Origin: an uncultured bacterium
GTDB lineage: Bacteria > Verrucomicrobiota > Kiritimatiellia > CAIKKV01 > CAITUY01
Reading direction: 5' to 3'
DNA: 64,000 nucleotides
NCBI GenBank assembly: GCA_903895695.1
Contig: CAITUY010000122.1
Location: 94 to 64,093 of the forward strand
In this document: positions 61,583 to 64,000 of the stretch, in pieces
How the letters are laid out: each line of letters opens with the position of its first letter
Position numbering within the stretch: the stretch's first letter is position 1
Program-made: the position numbers and the translations under genes
The notes under the pieces: generated by a model
Databases searched by the model: none
What the model saw: the letters and a program-made list of their open reading frames with translations, nothing else
Told to the model about the DNA's origin: nothing

Positions 61583-63985
61583 TTAGCCTTCCGCTTCCTT
61601 CTGGCCCAGTTGGACGCTTACAACATTGGTATCGACACATCGTTCGATCGGCAAAATATTCCCCGGAATCGCCCGGCCGTTGAGGGTCAGGGCAACATCG
61701 TTGCCCGGGCCACACCGGCGGATTGCGATCTTGAACCGCTTGCCGCGAAAGACACGCGTCACATTGATCGACTTCCAGTCGGCCGGCAGGCAGGGCGCAA
61801 GACGCAAGCCGTCATAGTCCGGCTGGATGCCGAGGATGTAATGCGTCGCGGCGTGATAGGACCAGGCCGCGGCTCCCGTCAGCCAGGGCAGCCGTGAGAC
61901 GCCCTCCTTGCGGCTGAGCCGGCTGTGCGTGGACTGGCTGCACACATAGGGTTCGGTCTCGCGAATGTCGGCGCGAGTGTTGCTGGCCGCCGGCATGGAG
62001 GCGCGGAAATACTCGTACGCCCGGTCGCCGCGTCCGAGCAGGGCGGCGGCGATCACCGCCCAACCCTGGGTATGGCAGAAGACGCCGGCGTTCTCCTTGA
62101 TGCCGGGATTGCCCAGGATGTTGGCGGCGGCGGTGGGATCGAGCTTGGTGAAGCCCGGCGAACACAGCATCAAGCCGTAGGGCGTGAACAGCTCTTCGTG
62201 GATCGCGGCCATGGTCGAATCGGCCTGCTCCGGCGTGGCCGCGCCGCTGATGATGGCCCAGGAATTCGATTCCAGGAAGATGCGCCCCTGCTGGTTGCGG
62301 GCCACGCCGAGCGCGGTACCGTCGTCGCGGAAGGCGCGCACGAACCAGCGACCGTCCCAGCAGTGCTTCTGGATCGCGGCATCAATGGTCCGCTTGCGCT
62401 CCTCGGCCCAGGCGACCTCGCCGGGGAGGTTCGAGCGCGTGCAGATCTCGGCGTAGACCCCGAGCGCGTAGCGCAACTGGAAGGCGACAAAGACACTCTC
62501 GCCGTTGCGCCCTAGACCGAGGCAATCGTTCCAGTCGGCGGTCATGGCCGCGGGTAACCCGTGCGCGCCGCTGTAGTGGAAGCTGAACTCGATCGCCCGC
62601 TTGAGGTGACCAAGTACCGTGTCCTCGCCATGGTCGGCGTAGGGCAGCACCTTCTTGTAGAAGTCGAAGTCGCCGGTTTCCTTCACGTAGGCTGGCACGG
62701 TGTTGAAGAGCCAGTGACAATCGTCACTGCGGTATTCGTTCTCGGCCGGGGTCTTCTCGTGGCCGGGATGGTGCTCGAACGGCTTGATCACCGATATGGC
62801 CCCGCCGCTGGCGCACTGGCCGGTGATCATGAGTTCGAGCCGCTTGCCCGCCTCCTCCGGAATGAGAGGCATGACGCCCAGCAGATCCTGGACCGTGTCG
62901 CGGTAGCCGAGGCCGTCGCGCTCGCCGTTGTAGATCAGGCTGGCCGCACGCGACCAGGCGTAGGTGATCAGGCAGTTGTAGGCGTTCCAGACGTTGATCG
63001 TGCTGTCGAACTCGGCGTCCGGCGTGGAGCAGGTCAGGCTGCCGAGGCGGCCGTGCCAGTAAGCCTTGAGCTTCGCCAGTTCGGTCCGGGCGCGTTCAGG
63101 CGTGCCGAACTCGGCGCGGATGCGCCGGCCCTCGGTCTCGGCCATGCCCATGCCCATCAGGACGACGATCTCGCGCGATTCGCCGGGCGCGAGTTCGATA
63201 TCCATCTGCAGCGTGCCGCAGGCGTTGTCGCCCCAGGCGAGCGAACCGGTGCAGCGGCCCTGTTCCACGACGAGCGGGTTGGCGTAGGTGCGGTACGGTC
63301 CGCCGAGGAACTTCTCGCGATCCGTATCGTAGCCGGCGATCTCCGCCCCGGTGGCGGCGAGGAACGTGTGCAGGCGCTGGCGCGGCAGGCCCAGCGTGAC
63401 CAGCGGCAGGTCGTTGCAGATGATGTGATCCACCATGTTGTCGACGATGTTGGCACGCACGATCGTGAACGAGTACTGGATGTCGATCATGTCGGCCTTG
63501 GCGTTCCACTCGCTGGCGTACTCGACGAAGGTGAAGGCCGACAGCTTGCGGGGCTTCTTCGTCTTGTTGGTCAACTTGAGCAGCCAGTATTCGAAGTGTT
63601 CGCCGAGCGGCACGAAATAGGTCGTCTCCGTGGCGATGCCGGAATAGCGCGAGTCAATCCGGGTATAGGCGGTGCCGTGGCGGCAGGTGCTCTTGTACTT
63701 GGCCAGCGGCTTGCCCACCGGCTGCCAGGATGTGGTCCAGTAGTCGCCGCTGTCCTGGTCGCGCAGGTAGAAATAGCGCCCGGGCTGGTCGAGCGGCACG
63801 GCGTTGAAGCGCAGGCGCGTGAAGCGGCCCGCCGCCGAGGAGCGGAAGAAGCTGTAGCCGCCGGCGTGATTGGTGATGACCGCGCCATACTCGGTCGAGC
63901 CCAGGTAGTTACTCCACGGCTTGGGCGTGTCCGGCCGGTCGATCACGTACTCCTTGTTCTTGTCGTCAAAGTGTCCGTACTGCAT
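61583..63985 (-). CDS. GH94 glycoside phosphorylase (cellobiose/chitobiose/cellodextrin phosphorylase family)
   Basis: 800 aa. MQYGHFDDKNKEYVIDRPDTPKPWSNYLG...GRYFYLRD...YRDTVQD...ADWND...CHTQGW... is the full-length GH94 layout with catalytic-region motifs. Confidence 0.88.
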   Translation of the reverse strand: MQYGHFDDKNKEYVIDRPDTPKPWSNYLGSTEYGAVITNHAGGYSFFRSSAAGRFTRLRFNAVPLDQPGRYFYLRDQDSGDYWTTSWQPVGKPLAKYKSTCRHGTAYTRIDSRYSGIATETTYFVPLGEHFEYWLLKLTNKTKKPRKLSAFTFVEYASEWNAKADMIDIQYSFTIVRANIVDNMVDHIICNDLPLVTLGLPRQRLHTFLAATGAEIAGYDTDREKFLGGPYRTYANPLVVEQGRCTGSLAWGDNACGTLQMDIELAPGESREIVVLMGMGMAETEGRRIRAEFGTPERARTELAKLKAYWHGRLGSLTCSTPDAEFDSTINVWNAYNCLITYAWSRAASLIYNGERDGLGYRDTVQDLLGVMPLIPEEAGKRLELMITGQCASGGAISVIKPFEHHPGHEKTPAENEYRSDDCHWLFNTVPAYVKETGDFDFYKKVLPYADHGEDTVLGHLKRAIEFSFHYSGAHGLPAAMTADWNDCLGLGRNGESVFVAFQLRYALGVYAEICTRSNLPGEVAWAEERKRTIDAAIQKHCWDGRWFVRAFRDDGTALGVARNQQGRIFLESNSWAIISGAATPEQADSTMAAIHEELFTPYGLMLCSPGFTKLDPTAAANILGNPGIKENAGVFCHTQGWAVIAAALLGRGDRAYEYFRASMPAASNTRADIRETEPYVCSQSTHSRLSRKEGVSRLPWLTGAAAWSYHAATHYILGIQPDYDGLRLAPCLPADWKSINVTRVFRGKRFKIAIRRCGPGNDVALTLNGRAIPGNILPIERCVDTNVVSVQLGQKEAEG

Positions 63986-64000
63986 GGTTTTCTTTCGCGA

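Noticed and set aside
56572-61586. Long plus-strand ORFs 56572-58659 (695 aa) and 59529-61586 (685 aa)
   Set aside because: They are antisense shadows of the minus-strand GH-like and URO-D-like genes and show the same compositional bias.

Overview
High-GC bacterial chromosome segment. The gene content resembles a PVC-superphylum-type glycan degrader, but that is inference only.

(1) 1-14.3 kb holds housekeeping genes: the ileS 5' end, a yerC-like gene, a SIMPL protein, fmt, a two-subunit class-I Fe-S fumarate hydratase, hemW, a PHP phosphoesterase and an esterase. These are interrupted by a visibly more A/T-rich ~6.4 kb island (about 4866-11283). The island is bracketed by a 30-34 bp direct repeat of the hemW 3' end. 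It carries vapBC, a secreted alpha/beta-hydrolase with thrombospondin-type-3 repeats, and a complete diversity-generating retroelement (DGR). The DGR consists of a signal-peptide target protein with an FGE/C-type-lectin-fold C-terminus ending in the VR, then avd, the RT, and a TR that lies inside the 3' tail of the RT reading frame. All 18 TR/VR mismatches sit at TR adenines.

(2) 14.3-64 kb is a glycan-catabolism region. It is dominated by large glycoside-hydrolase-like or lyase-like proteins that are hard to assign. It also holds GH2, a GH94 phosphorylase, one MFS transporter, a translationally coupled sugar operon (cupin isomerase, ceramidase-like hydrolase, Gfo/Idh/MocA oxidoreductase, FGGY kinase) and five divergent uroporphyrinogen-decarboxylase (URO-D)-family paralogs.

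(3) Five type II toxin-antitoxin loci are scattered through the window, four intact and one decayed. Two of them sit co-directionally immediately upstream of catabolic genes.

(4) An A/T-richer two-gene membrane cassette lies next to a 620-bp repeat- and palindrome-rich spacer.

No rRNA, tRNA or CRISPR array was recognised. Many long ORFs in the track are antisense shadows typical of high-GC DNA and were rejected.
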